Assembly (NCBI GenBank): GCA_963716205.1
Contig: OY970290.1
Location: 239,417-303,416, forward strand
Reading direction: 5' to 3'
Length of the DNA stretch: 64,000 nucleotides
Origin: an uncultured bacterium
Lineage (GTDB): Bacteria > Patescibacteriota > Minisyncoccia > Phycocordibacterales > GWA1-40-21
Shown here: positions 9,414-19,035 of the stretch, one piece after another
Layout of the letters: each line of letters begins with the position of its first letter
Numbering within the stretch: position 1 is the first letter of the stretch
Position numbers and translations under genes: made by a program
Notes under the pieces: generated by a model
The model's input: the letters and a program-made list of their open reading frames with translations, nothing else
What the model was told of the DNA's origin: nothing
The model's database searches: none

Positions 9414-9731
9414 ATGTTTTATATGAGCACGTTTACAAAACCTTTAAAAAAGGGAAACCGGATTCGGATATGCCGGACGCTCGCGCGCTACACACAAGAG
9501 GAATTGTCATACCTCCTGGGCATTCCGACCACCACGCTTTCAAAATGGGAGAACAGGTCGCAGACTCCCTCGATCCATTATGCCATCGGTCTTTCGGTGG
9601 CACTCCACCGCTTGGTGGACGAAATCTTTTCGGATTATCGGAATGAGTGGGTGAAGATAATTAATCAAAGGGCGCAGATTCTTGAAAATAAAAAGTCGAA
9701 AAAAATTACGAACGATAACGATAAACGATAA
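9414..9731 (+). CDS. XRE-family HTH regulator
   Basis: NRIRICR...YTQEELSYLLGIPTTTLSKWEN HTH pattern. Confidence 0.85.
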   Translation: MFYMSTFTKPLKKGNRIRICRTLARYTQEELSYLLGIPTTTLSKWENRSQTPSIHYAIGLSVALHRLVDEIFSDYRNEWVKIINQRAQILENKKSKKITNDNDKR

Positions 9732-9888
9732 CGAAAACGTTATGAAAAAAATAAACGTTATTGGCGGCGAATGGCGAACAGCATGGCACTGGGGATTTGC
9801 TATTTGAAAAGTAAGAAACCATGTAAAATATCGCTTTGATCCAGAGCATTCTTTCTATTTTACAAGCACTCAAAGGGAGGATATTTCA

Positions 9889-10107
9889 ATGGCAGTCACT
9901 CTCAAAAAAGAAGTCGTGGTTGATGAATGGTGGATGCTTGTCGAAGGAGCGGCAGACAAGGTTGAACAGGTTTTCAAGGATACCGAGGACAATATAAAAA
10001 AATCTAAGGCTCCCGACGTAACCTTTGAGCGGGTATCTATTCAGTCTCTATTGAACCCCCATGGGAACTCGTGGACGTGGGAGAAGATGAATTTCGGAAT
10101 TACATAG
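9889..10107 (+). pseudogene. Probable truncated gene start
   Basis: Good SD (AAAGGGAGG) and 72-aa ORF whose 3' end runs into the next fragment. Confidence 0.35.
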
Positions 10108-10880
10108 ACAAAATTCCTTTTGGCGGAAATTACCTTATTGAACGGAAAATCCTGGCTTCGCTTGGAGAGGAAAGACGAAAACAAATCACCAGTGAGATTG
10201 AGCAAAAACGAGAACAAAAGAAATTCACCAAGCCGCCGGAAGTCGAACATATTCCCAAACCTGCTGAAGAACCAAAGCAAGAACCGAAATATGAACCTGT
10301 CCGAGAAAAGACGGGAAAGAAAGAACGGGTATCAGACCTGCCTGTCGAGACTAGTCCGGCACAGACGGAAGAAAAAGGCACGTCACGCCATCAATATCTT
10401 CAAAGTCTCATTAAACGTATGGCCGAGGAAAAGGGATACAAAGCGACCGTCGAGGAATCAATTCCCGATGGTCGGGTTGATGTCGGTCTTCTAAAGAATG
10501 GGAAGAAAATTGCCTGTGAGATTTCCGTGACCAATGCCCCCGATAATGAATTAGGAAATATCGAAAAGTGTCTCAAGGCAGGATACGACAAAGTGCTCAT
10601 GTGTGCCCAGGACAAGAAACATTTGGAAAAGATACGGACCTTGGTTATGGAAAAGCTAACCGACTCCGCTCTTGAAAAAGTAATGTTTGTTGAACCCGAA
10701 GAACTTTTCTTTTATCTGGAAGAAGAAGCGGCCAAGGATTCAGGAAAGGAACAACGGGTTAAAGGCTATAAGGTAAAGGTGAATTACCAACCCTTAAACC
10801 AGGACGACAAGAAAAGGAAACGCGAGGCCGTGGCCCAGGTCATCCTCGGAGCTTTCAAAAGGTTGAAGGGGAAGGATTAG
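10071..10880 (+). CDS. Probable C-terminal fragment of a conjugative coupling-protein-associated gene with a PD-(D/E)XK-like domain
   Basis: HQYLQSLIK...GRVDVGL...IACEISVT motif after a Pro/Glu linker; no convincing start. Confidence 0.5.
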   Translation: MDVGEDEFRNYIDKIPFGGNYLIERKILASLGEERRKQITSEIEQKREQKKFTKPPEVEHIPKPAEEPKQEPKYEPVREKTGKKERVSDLPVETSPAQTEEKGTSRHQYLQSLIKRMAEEKGYKATVEESIPDGRVDVGLLKNGKKIACEISVTNAPDNELGNIEKCLKAGYDKVLMCAQDKKHLEKIRTLVMEKLTDSALEKVMFVEPEELFFYLEEEAAKDSGKEQRVKGYKVKVNYQPLNQDDKKRKREAVAQVILGAFKRLKGKD

Positions 10881-10965
10881 GATTTGGCCGTTTAAGACCT
10901 CGGCAGACTTTTTTAAAATAAAGTTGTGTTAAAATGAATTGCATAAAGATTAAAAGAAGAATCCA

Positions 10966-11568
10966 ATGAAAGATATAAAGTCAGAATCCATTTTAGTAAT
11001 GAAAATCGGCTACCATGGAGCCGAAGATATTGACACTATTATTGCGAGAAAAAAAGAAGAAGAAAAAAAATGCGGTCAAACCTATTGGGGTTATGGCGGG
11101 GTATTATGCCACCCAATCCGAGTTGTCCAAAATTTTGCATCGCAAGTCGGAACGAAAAAAATCAAAGTTCTTTTCAGTGTTACCAAATCCCCATTCCAAT
11201 CTGATCCGACGCGAGCAAAATATTTTTCCGAGGACGGAAAAACATGGTCACCATTACATGACAGCGCCAATGTTCTGGCATCAAAATTTGCAATAGTTCT
11301 TCGTTCTCTCAAAGCATGTAAAAAGACAATAGTTCTTAACGATTATTGTGTCCCAATAGGTCCTTCAAAGGGGCGTCCCCTTAACGAATATCTAAGATTT
11401 CGTGTTGATAAAGCGGTCGGAACATTATCGAACAAAAAGAACCTGGGTCCCCTTAAGAGTCTTCCGATCCAGTTTGAGGCTGATTTGGTCCCGCCTTACG
11501 CCATCTTGGTGAGTCACCAGCATCAACCTGAGTCCCATCATCCATCACAAATTTCCCTTCCTTATTGA
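10966..11568 (+). CDS. Hypothetical protein (MKIGYH...WGYGG motif)
   Basis: 200-aa ORF convergent with, and overlapping by 116 bp, the LSR3 fusion. Confidence 0.75.
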   Translation: MKDIKSESILVMKIGYHGAEDIDTIIARKKEEEKKCGQTYWGYGGVLCHPIRVVQNFASQVGTKKIKVLFSVTKSPFQSDPTRAKYFSEDGKTWSPLHDSANVLASKFAIVLRSLKACKKTIVLNDYCVPIGPSKGRPLNEYLRFRVDKAVGTLSNKKNLGPLKSLPIQFEADLVPPYAILVSHQHQPESHHPSQISLPY

Positions 11569-13984
11569 TATAAGCTGGAATTTTCCTGTCTTTGCTCCCA
11601 TAGAATTTAGGCATTGCATCATCTTTTATTTTTTGGCCCTCAAAAGGAGCCGGACAATTATAGACACGATCTAAAACAAGATTTGCCGACCGTAAACTAG
11701 GTCGGTCTTCGAGATGATATTGATGAATTTCACGAATCATTTCAGAAACTACATACCCGTGCTTGCATAAAAATTCTTGAATGTTCGCCATTGCTTCTCT
11801 ACTCCAATCTTCCTTATGAGCAAAAGGCAAAATAGCCATTCCCCAACTTGGAGCTGGTTTGCAAAATTCCATGCAACGTCCTAGAAATAGTTTCCCGCAT
11901 TCGCCCTTGTCAACTGATCCATAAGGAGGGTTCGTGTAGAACACTTCATGAGCGCCTTTATATTTTTCAGGGATTGGATCTCGAACATTGTAGCGATGAA
12001 CCGAAATAAGATCGGGAGGAAGGCGCAAGTCGTCGATTACTTGTTCAATAAATGCTAAAAGCCTTTCATCAAAATCGAAAATACGAATTTTGGCCGGTCC
12101 TTTGAAAACATCTCGATTAGCAAGATGCGCAATAACCAAACCCATACAATCGCCATCACCAACAAATGCAACGTCTCTGTATTTCAGATAATCAATTGCT
12201 AAAAGTGCCTGAGTTGCTTGGCTTCCGGGAAGCATAAAGACTTGATCTATTGAACGGATTGGACGTGGTCTATCTGGATGTTGCGTGACCTGTGCAACTA
12301 AATCCACAATAGCCGCATCAGGCCTCACCCCCAGGCTGAGAGCCACGTCTTTTTGCCACAGCCTCAGGTCAAGGCGGCGCTTTCGGATATGGTCCCCAAG
12401 GGTTGTTAGGCTCTTAGGGTAGGCAGGATTTTGTGGTTTTTTGGCCGATAATTGAAAGTTAATGAATGGCAACGCAGGAATGAGGTTGTGTTGCTTTTCA
12501 TTAGTCAATTCAGCGGTCGAGGGAATATAGGCGAGGGATATGGAAATATCATCCGAGCCTATAGTGATCCTATCGGTGATATTCTCGATGATCCGCCGTT
12601 TTTCTTCGAAAACCAGTTCTTTCCATTTGGAATAAAGGTCTTTGGCCTCGGATATGATCTCGTCACTTGAGAGGTATTTGATCTTGAGGAAGTCTATCTC
12701 TCCCTGAAGGTCCGGGAGCTGGGCCTTGACCTTCTCCAAGCGCTCTTCATTTTCCCGGAATTCGGTTCCAAAGGTCTTCACGCTGATCTCGTCGTTGTAA
12801 TAGGCTTTTTTTATCTTGTCCATTTGGCTTTCGATTTTGGCACGCTCTTTCTCAAGCCGCTCTAAGAGTTCCTGCTTTTCCTGAATGACCATATCGGCCC
12901 GTTCAAGGTGCTTGGAAATCTCAACCGGGGAAAAGAAGAAGTTTTTTAATTGTTCATGGAATATGGATTCAAGATCATCCGGGAGTATCTTGTTCCTGCA
13001 TTTGGCACAGGTATATTTCGACGCATTCGGCGGTATGGGCATCTTGCCCCCGCAGTGACAAAAGACGAAGCCGGTGAAAAGATGTGTTGGCCTTTTGGCG
13101 GGTTTCTTACGTTTCGATTCCTGTTCCCTTAAGATAGCGTTGCACTGATCCCACAATTCAGCAGAAACAATGGGCTCTACCTCGACATATTCCCATTCCG
13201 CTTTGGGCTTCATCACCCATGCTTTGCCGTCGCCCAGGCTCTTCGTGTAATTGAGCCGGTGCTTTCCTTTGGCCGTGGGGTCTTGGAGAAGACGGTCAAC
13301 AGTGGTATCGGAAAACTTTGAGCCTTTGCGCGTCCGATATCCCTTGTCATTGAGAATCCGGGCAACAGTTTTCTTGCGGTGATGTTCAAGGAAATATTCA
13401 AAGATGAGTTTTGCAATGGGAACCTCTTTGGGTTCAGGGATGAGTTGTTTGTCTTTCCAGCGATAACCGAAAGGAGCCTGACCGCCAAGGGGTTTGCCGA
13501 GCTTTGCCCGGATGGGGACAGAGGCGGCCACCCGCGAAGCGATTTCTTCCCGTTCCCATTGGGCCATGGCCGCGATCATGGTGTAGAAGAGACGACCAGC
13601 AGGGGTTGAAGTATCGATGGATTCTTGGAGGGAAATTAAATCGGCGTCACTCTCATTGAAGAGGTCGGCGAAATCTAAAAGCTCTCTAGTGTTTCGGGCA
13701 AGGCGAGCAAGTTTCGAGAAGATGAGTCCTGTGATATGGCCGGACTTAATATGCCCAAGCATCTTTTGAGCTTCCGGGTGGGCAATGACTGCTTTGCCGC
13801 TTACTGCCTCTAAGTGATAGACCTCTTTGACATTCCAACCCTTCGACTCTGCATAATACCGCGCCCGTTTCTCATGGTGTTCAGGGCTTTCCCCCCGCGC
13901 CTGATCTTCCGTTGAAACACGAATCCAAATACCGACGTTTTTCTTTCCTTGGTTTTTTTCCACGAGCGCACCTCCACAAATCAA
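11453..13984 (-). CDS. Fusion of large serine recombinase (LSR3), partial XRE HTH and BpsA/DUF43-like SAM-fold domain
   Basis: WIRVST, SKLARLARN, CHCG/CAKC Zn ribbon; LGDHIRKRRLDLRLWQKDVALSLGV; RPRPIRSIDQ, FVGDGD, DFDERL, TNPPY. Confidence 0.8.
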   Translation of the reverse strand: MICGGALVEKNQGKKNVGIWIRVSTEDQARGESPEHHEKRARYYAESKGWNVKEVYHLEAVSGKAVIAHPEAQKMLGHIKSGHITGLIFSKLARLARNTRELLDFADLFNESDADLISLQESIDTSTPAGRLFYTMIAAMAQWEREEIASRVAASVPIRAKLGKPLGGQAPFGYRWKDKQLIPEPKEVPIAKLIFEYFLEHHRKKTVARILNDKGYRTRKGSKFSDTTVDRLLQDPTAKGKHRLNYTKSLGDGKAWVMKPKAEWEYVEVEPIVSAELWDQCNAILREQESKRKKPAKRPTHLFTGFVFCHCGGKMPIPPNASKYTCAKCRNKILPDDLESIFHEQLKNFFFSPVEISKHLERADMVIQEKQELLERLEKERAKIESQMDKIKKAYYNDEISVKTFGTEFRENEERLEKVKAQLPDLQGEIDFLKIKYLSSDEIISEAKDLYSKWKELVFEEKRRIIENITDRITIGSDDISISLAYIPSTAELTNEKQHNLIPALPFINFQLSAKKPQNPAYPKSLTTLGDHIRKRRLDLRLWQKDVALSLGVRPDAAIVDLVAQVTQHPDRPRPIRSIDQVFMLPGSQATQALLAIDYLKYRDVAFVGDGDCMGLVIAHLANRDVFKGPAKIRIFDFDERLLAFIEQVIDDLRLPPDLISVHRYNVRDPIPEKYKGAHEVFYTNPPYGSVDKGECGKLFLGRCMEFCKPAPSWGMAILPFAHKEDWSREAMANIQEFLCKHGYVVSEMIREIHQYHLEDRPSLRSANLVLDRVYNCPAPFEGQKIKDDAMPKFYGSKDRKIPAYINKEGKFVMDDGTQVDAGDSPRWRKAGPNQPQTGSEDS

Positions 13985-14038
13985 TCAAACTTTTTGGTGA
14001 ATATGAATAGGATTAAATTGTATACGATTGTATACCTG

Positions 14039-14409
14039 CTAAGCCGTATCCTCAAGATCAAATATAGTATCGGCACTAAACGGTTTCGACGTATTTCCGT
14101 CGATCATCAGTTTGAGATATATGCCATACGCGGGAAGGTTCACGATATCACTTTGCCGGAAGACCGGCCAGAATTCATCAGAGAGCATCTTGGCATCTTC
14201 CGTTCCCACCCTAAACGAGATCATGGTTCCCACATTTCCCAAGATGGCCCTTCGAATATGTTCATCGACTTGATGAAGGTATTGGTTGACGAGGATCAGG
14301 TTCAAGCGGTATTTGCGCGCCTCTGAAAGAATATCTATAAACCCGGAAGTGGTGAAGCTTTGAAACTCGTCCACATAAAGATAGAAGTCCCGTCGTTTTT
14401 CTTCCGGTA
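14039..14409 (-). pseudogene. C-terminal fragment of a VirD4/TrwB-like type IV coupling ATPase
   Basis: FYLYVDEFQ (Walker B), LSEARKYRL, NQY, ILGNVGTMISFRVG; N-terminus missing. Confidence 0.8.
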
Positions 14410-14447
14410 TCTATCATCCGCTCAAGGGAACATCCGCCGGAAATATC

Positions 14448-14879
14448 GTGGATACGCTCACCCAGTTCATCACCGGGAAAGGCTACAGCGTCCGCGTCGG
14501 CATGACCCCTTCTGAAGATATCTACGGCTATGTCAATGACAAGAAGGAGATCGTGCTCAAGGAGGGCGAGAGTTCCGACCATCAAGCTTTGGTTCTAGCT
14601 CATGAAATGTCGCACGCCCTTCTCGGTCATGTCGGTTCTTTCCAGAATCAAGCGGAGAAGGAACTTGAAGCCGAAACGTCTGCCTGGATCATTTGCCGCA
14701 ATCTCGGATTGCGGACTAATGAAACAAGTTTTGCTTACTTGGCAACATGGGCAAGCGGGCCGGAACAAGAAAAGAAGTTGGAAAAGGCCGCTTCTCGTGC
14801 CTGTCAGGTGGCGCAACTAATTTTGGAAGGTCTGGAAGCAATGAAGCAGATTTCCAGCCAGAAAGGAGAAATGGTATGA
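14448..14879 (+). CDS. ArdC/ImmA-like zincin metallopeptidase domain, probably a 5'-truncated fragment
   Basis: LAHEMSHALL, ELEAETSAWIIC, YLATW. Confidence 0.7.
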   Translation: MDTLTQFITGKGYSVRVGMTPSEDIYGYVNDKKEIVLKEGESSDHQALVLAHEMSHALLGHVGSFQNQAEKELEAETSAWIICRNLGLRTNETSFAYLATWASGPEQEKKLEKAASRACQVAQLILEGLEAMKQISSQKGEMV

Positions 14880-15145
14880 AAAAACTCGTCATCATCATCG
14901 ACGATGGAATGGTTGAGGACGTGCTCATCAGTTCCAAGGAACCGATGGACATTATGATCGTGGACTTTGACAAGAAGACCCTCGATCAATCGGCCTTGCA
15001 TGAACTGAGCGAACCGCACAACTTTGAAGACGTGGCCGCATTAGCCGATATCTACAAGTGGGATGCCTTCTACGATCCCAAACGGGTCAAGGAGGTCTTT
15101 GCAACACAAGAGCCGAAACACGCCTTTAATCCCAGCACTTCATAG
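14876..15145 (+). CDS. Small acidic hypothetical protein (89 aa)
   Basis: ATGA overlap with the upstream ORF, SD AAGGAG; MKKLVIIIDDGMVEDV. Confidence 0.7.
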   Translation: MKKLVIIIDDGMVEDVLISSKEPMDIMIVDFDKKTLDQSALHELSEPHNFEDVAALADIYKWDAFYDPKRVKEVFATQEPKHAFNPSTS

Positions 15146-15162
15146 GAATTCCAATTCCTAGC

Positions 15163-15197
15163 AAAGCCCTATCGACAATCGATAGGGCTTTTTTTTT
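15163..15197 (+). terminator. Rho-independent terminator
   Basis: AAAGCCCTATCGA-CAA-TCGATAGGGCTTTTTTTTT. Confidence 0.85.
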
Positions 15198-15294
15198 ACT
15201 TATCTCTGATTTTTTATTTTATAGAAATTCTGTTATAGTTAATCCGTAGTTGTGTCCGAGTTGGTTTGAAATCCCAAGTCAAGAAACTCCAAAT

Positions 15295-16317
15295 ATGAAA
15301 AATTATTTTTATTACAAAGATAAAAAAAAAGTCCTACCTGTTTTAGGTGAGGAAAAAAATAAACTGGCAAAAAAGAAACTCGACCACATTCTTAAGACCA
15401 AAAAGGAATTAATACCAGAACACTTTATCGAAAGGTGGTCAGAGGTGGCATTGTATAATCCTGGCGGTGATGTTGAAAAAGCAAATGCCATTTTGATCAA
15501 TCCGGAAGACGGCGCTTACGATCTATCGAACCCACTCAACGACATGACAGGAAAAGAATGGGTAAAGTTCAGTTGCAGTTGGTTTATTTTTAATGCTCTG
15601 CACAAAGACTTAAAGGAAGAGAGAGAAGTATCTCCAAATACTCAGGATCATCCAGCGACATTTTCTCCGACAATGATTGAGGGGTTTGTGAAATTCTTTA
15701 CAAAAAAGGGAGAAAACGTACTCGATCCTTTTTGCGGCATTGGAAGCACTATGGTTGCCTGCAAACGAACCGGAAGAGTCGGCTATGGTATTGAGCTTAA
15801 TAAAAAATATTATGATCTGTCGCTCAAGCGAACTCCGGAATTCAAAAAGACCATATTCAACGAAAATGCGGCCAATATCAAAAAACTGAATCTGCCAAAG
15901 ATTGCTTTTTCGATTTCATCGCCTCCGTACTGGGACATGCTTAACCGAAGTACCAAAGACTTCAAAAAGGATAGAACGAAAGACGGTTTCGATGTTAACT
16001 ATTCCGAAGCCGAAGAGGACTTGGGTAATATTGATAACTACGATCTGTTTTTGGAAAAATTAGCAAATATATATTTTGACATATTTGATCTACTCAAAGC
16101 CGGAGGGTATCTCGTGGTCATTGTGAAGAACCTTAAGAAAGAGGGTAAAATGTATCCATTGGCGTGGGACTTGGCTCGGCTTCTCTCGAAGAAGTATATG
16201 CTCAAAGATGAGAAGCTTTGGATACAAGACAAAGTCGGTCTTGCCCCCTACGGATACCCTTCAGCGTGGGCAAGCAACATACTGCATCATTACTGTTTAG
16301 TTTTTCAAAAGAAATAA
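15295..16317 (+). CDS. DNA amino-methyltransferase (SPPY, likely m4C)
   Basis: HPATF, LDPFCGIGS, SSPPY. Confidence 0.9.
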   Translation: MKNYFYYKDKKKVLPVLGEEKNKLAKKKLDHILKTKKELIPEHFIERWSEVALYNPGGDVEKANAILINPEDGAYDLSNPLNDMTGKEWVKFSCSWFIFNALHKDLKEEREVSPNTQDHPATFSPTMIEGFVKFFTKKGENVLDPFCGIGSTMVACKRTGRVGYGIELNKKYYDLSLKRTPEFKKTIFNENAANIKKLNLPKIAFSISSPPYWDMLNRSTKDFKKDRTKDGFDVNYSEAEEDLGNIDNYDLFLEKLANIYFDIFDLLKAGGYLVVIVKNLKKEGKMYPLAWDLARLLSKKYMLKDEKLWIQDKVGLAPYGYPSAWASNILHHYCLVFQKK

Positions 16318-16318
16318 C

Positions 16319-17947
16319 ATGTCTTTAACCATTTCACAAATTGTAAAAAACCTTGTCGATGTAAACGATATCAAACACGATCGGCAGTATTCGCGCGTGG
16401 CGAAACTTCATAAATATTGGTCAAGAAAACCTTGGTTTGTTATCGATCAATACATTGAGAAATATTCCAAAAAGGATCACGTCGTTTTGGACCCGTTTTG
16501 TGGTAGCGGAATTATTGGACTGCAATCAGTTTTAGCCAATAGAAATTTCATCGGTTACGACCTGAATCCTTTCGCTGTCTTTCTCGCAAAGAACTCTTTG
16601 CAGGTCGGTTATGACAACGCCTCTTTTGAAGAGGACTTCTCAGCGATTGAGCGGGCTGTTCGGGAGGAAATAATGCCTCTCTATGCGACCAAAGACAAAT
16701 ATATTCTGTATACCATTCTTGGAAAGAAAAATAGTAAGGACTATAACGCTGTCATCGCTGACAGTAATTTCCACAACAAGCAAAAAGTTAGTCTCTCTCA
16801 AGAATATCTAAATCCAATCATAAAATTTCCTAAGAACTTGAAGTATCCAGACAAGGACTTTCCAGAGAAATTTTATAAAGATCGTTTTTCTTATAAGGGT
16901 GTGAAGCGAGTGTCAGACATGTTCACCAAGAGGAACCTTCTTGCTTTGGCAACACTTCATATGGCTATCAACAAATTGCCTCTAAAAAACAGAGATTTGT
17001 TCATGCTTGCATTTACGAACACCCTATTGCATGTAAGTAAATTAAAAGCAGAAAATGTGCGGCCTCTTGGTGTAAATAACTTTTGGATTCCGGATGATTT
17101 TATTGAAGAGAATGTCTGGTGGAGGTTTGTAGACCGAGTCAATAATGTAAAAATGGCAAAGGAAGTTATTGCAGACAAGGCTTCCCGAAACGAGGTCTCG
17201 AAGCCTGTCTCTAAGATTTATAACAAGTCGTCTTTGAAGATGATTGAAATTAAGCCGGGTAGTGTTGACTATTTGATTACCGATCCTCCATACGGCGACA
17301 CCATCCAATACTCAGAGCTTTCATACATCTGGAATTGCTGGCTTGAGAAAGAGTTTGAGATTGAGAATGAAGTCATTATAAACCCTGTGCAAAAAAAGGG
17401 AGTGAACGAATACTACGATCAGCTCGCTACTTTTATCCGCGAAGCGAAAAGGGTTCTCAAAAAAGACGCTTACTTTACACTTGCATTCCACAACAAGGAT
17501 TTGAAAATTTGGATTAGCCTTGCCGAATTAATAAGAGATCATGGAATGGAATTGGTAGACATCTCTTCCTACGACACCTTCGGCAGTCCTTACAATAAAA
17601 ATTGGGCAAAATTTTCGCCCAAATCTGACTTCTATGTGACCTTTATAAATTCGAAAAATAAAGCAAGGGTTAAAAATAAAAAAGTTATCTATCCCAATGA
17701 TATTGCAGATGAGATCGTCAAATGCCTTGGCAAAAACAATGGCAAACTTTTTAATCTGAATAAGGCGTATGATCTGTTCGTAAGCGTAGTTATAAGTAAA
17801 ATATTTGATGGGTCGCAAGTCATTGAACACGAACGACTAAGTATTGAGAACATTATGAATCTTTTTCAGAACGTTCCACGAGATGAGAAGCATGGTAAGA
17901 AAAAGGAAACTGTTCAGATAAGTTTATTTGAACTACAACATGTTTAA
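16319..17947 (+). CDS. DNA amino-methyltransferase (DPPY, likely m6A)
   Basis: HKYWSRKP, LDPFCGSG, TDPPYGD. Confidence 0.9.
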   Translation: MSLTISQIVKNLVDVNDIKHDRQYSRVAKLHKYWSRKPWFVIDQYIEKYSKKDHVVLDPFCGSGIIGLQSVLANRNFIGYDLNPFAVFLAKNSLQVGYDNASFEEDFSAIERAVREEIMPLYATKDKYILYTILGKKNSKDYNAVIADSNFHNKQKVSLSQEYLNPIIKFPKNLKYPDKDFPEKFYKDRFSYKGVKRVSDMFTKRNLLALATLHMAINKLPLKNRDLFMLAFTNTLLHVSKLKAENVRPLGVNNFWIPDDFIEENVWWRFVDRVNNVKMAKEVIADKASRNEVSKPVSKIYNKSSLKMIEIKPGSVDYLITDPPYGDTIQYSELSYIWNCWLEKEFEIENEVIINPVQKKGVNEYYDQLATFIREAKRVLKKDAYFTLAFHNKDLKIWISLAELIRDHGMELVDISSYDTFGSPYNKNWAKFSPKSDFYVTFINSKNKARVKNKKVIYPNDIADEIVKCLGKNNGKLFNLNKAYDLFVSVVISKIFDGSQVIEHERLSIENIMNLFQNVPRDEKHGKKKETVQISLFELQHV

Positions 17948-19034
17948 TCATATGGAAATATACAAAAAAGATTTTTTTAACATATTCAAAGCCAACTTTG
18001 ATTTCAAGATTGTTGAAACTGAAATGGGGCTGGCAGTCAAAATGCCCGCAAAGGAAGCTTTTATTTACAGCAGTATTACCGGTGCCGGGTACTTTGAAAA
18101 TCCAATCTATCCTTTTACCCCAAAAGGTCTGATGAAGCTTTTCTATAATGCATTCACCTATAAGTTCGTATCAGGTATTTTTGATAACGGTGTCCTCAAA
18201 AATACGCCGTACATTCTGTCGAAAGCAAAGAAGTATTTGTTTGAGGGCGATAAATATGTTGTCCCTATTGAATTTGAATCAGAAGAAAAATTGATCAATC
18301 TGCTCAAGGAAAAGTTTGATCATATTAAAAACCCAGAAAATTACATTATTCAGCGCATTGAGACAAGCAAGCAAGGCAACGGAATGGAACCATTCATGGA
18401 ATACCTTGCAGGCGAGTCTTTCCGACATCTTGGCTTCATTGTAGAGAATCAAATACCTCTTGCCCATGCAGTCGGCTCTCCGGATTTTGCTGGGTACGGT
18501 TTAAGTGACCTCATAATCAAGATAAGCGATTACGGATACCTATCAAGCGCCGGTTTTCACATGATTGAGTTGGCTCTCATTAGAAACTTTAAACAAGGGC
18601 CAAAGAACGAGAGTCACCATGTCACTCACGACTTTATTGTCGGTGAAGCAAAGACTGGGAGTCTGATCATGACCAAACAGTTGGAAAAATATCTCAATAC
18701 CGGACTATTTGATCAGGGATTTGAGATTCACCCTGCAAAGGCCAAGCCCTCAAAAGATTACTTCGGTTTGATCAGTTTGGATTCTGATTTCAAAATAAAA
18801 ATCACTCTCCCTGTAACTAAGCATACGGCGGAGAATCCGCTGTCACGGGAAGAGTATGCGATATGGCTTGGTAACTACATTAAGTTTTATCTAATTTCAA
18901 ATTTCACAAACGATGAGCTTAAGCAATTTTACATTGAACAGGAAGGTGAAGAGATAAATAAAGAGTCTGATCTTGTTAGTTTCGTCTTGGGGTTGGAGAC
19001 TGAAACAATTCTAGCAAAAATTAAATCCCTATAA
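17940..19034 (+). CDS. Putative restriction endonuclease subunit A (PD-(D/E)XK)
   Basis: SPDF...VGEAK motif; translationally coupled to the methyltransferases. Confidence 0.65.
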   Translation: MFNHMEIYKKDFFNIFKANFDFKIVETEMGLAVKMPAKEAFIYSSITGAGYFENPIYPFTPKGLMKLFYNAFTYKFVSGIFDNGVLKNTPYILSKAKKYLFEGDKYVVPIEFESEEKLINLLKEKFDHIKNPENYIIQRIETSKQGNGMEPFMEYLAGESFRHLGFIVENQIPLAHAVGSPDFAGYGLSDLIIKISDYGYLSSAGFHMIELALIRNFKQGPKNESHHVTHDFIVGEAKTGSLIMTKQLEKYLNTGLFDQGFEIHPAKAKPSKDYFGLISLDSDFKIKITLPVTKHTAENPLSREEYAIWLGNYIKFYLISNFTNDELKQFYIEQEGEEINKESDLVSFVLGLETETILAKIKSL

Positions 19035-19035
19035 T

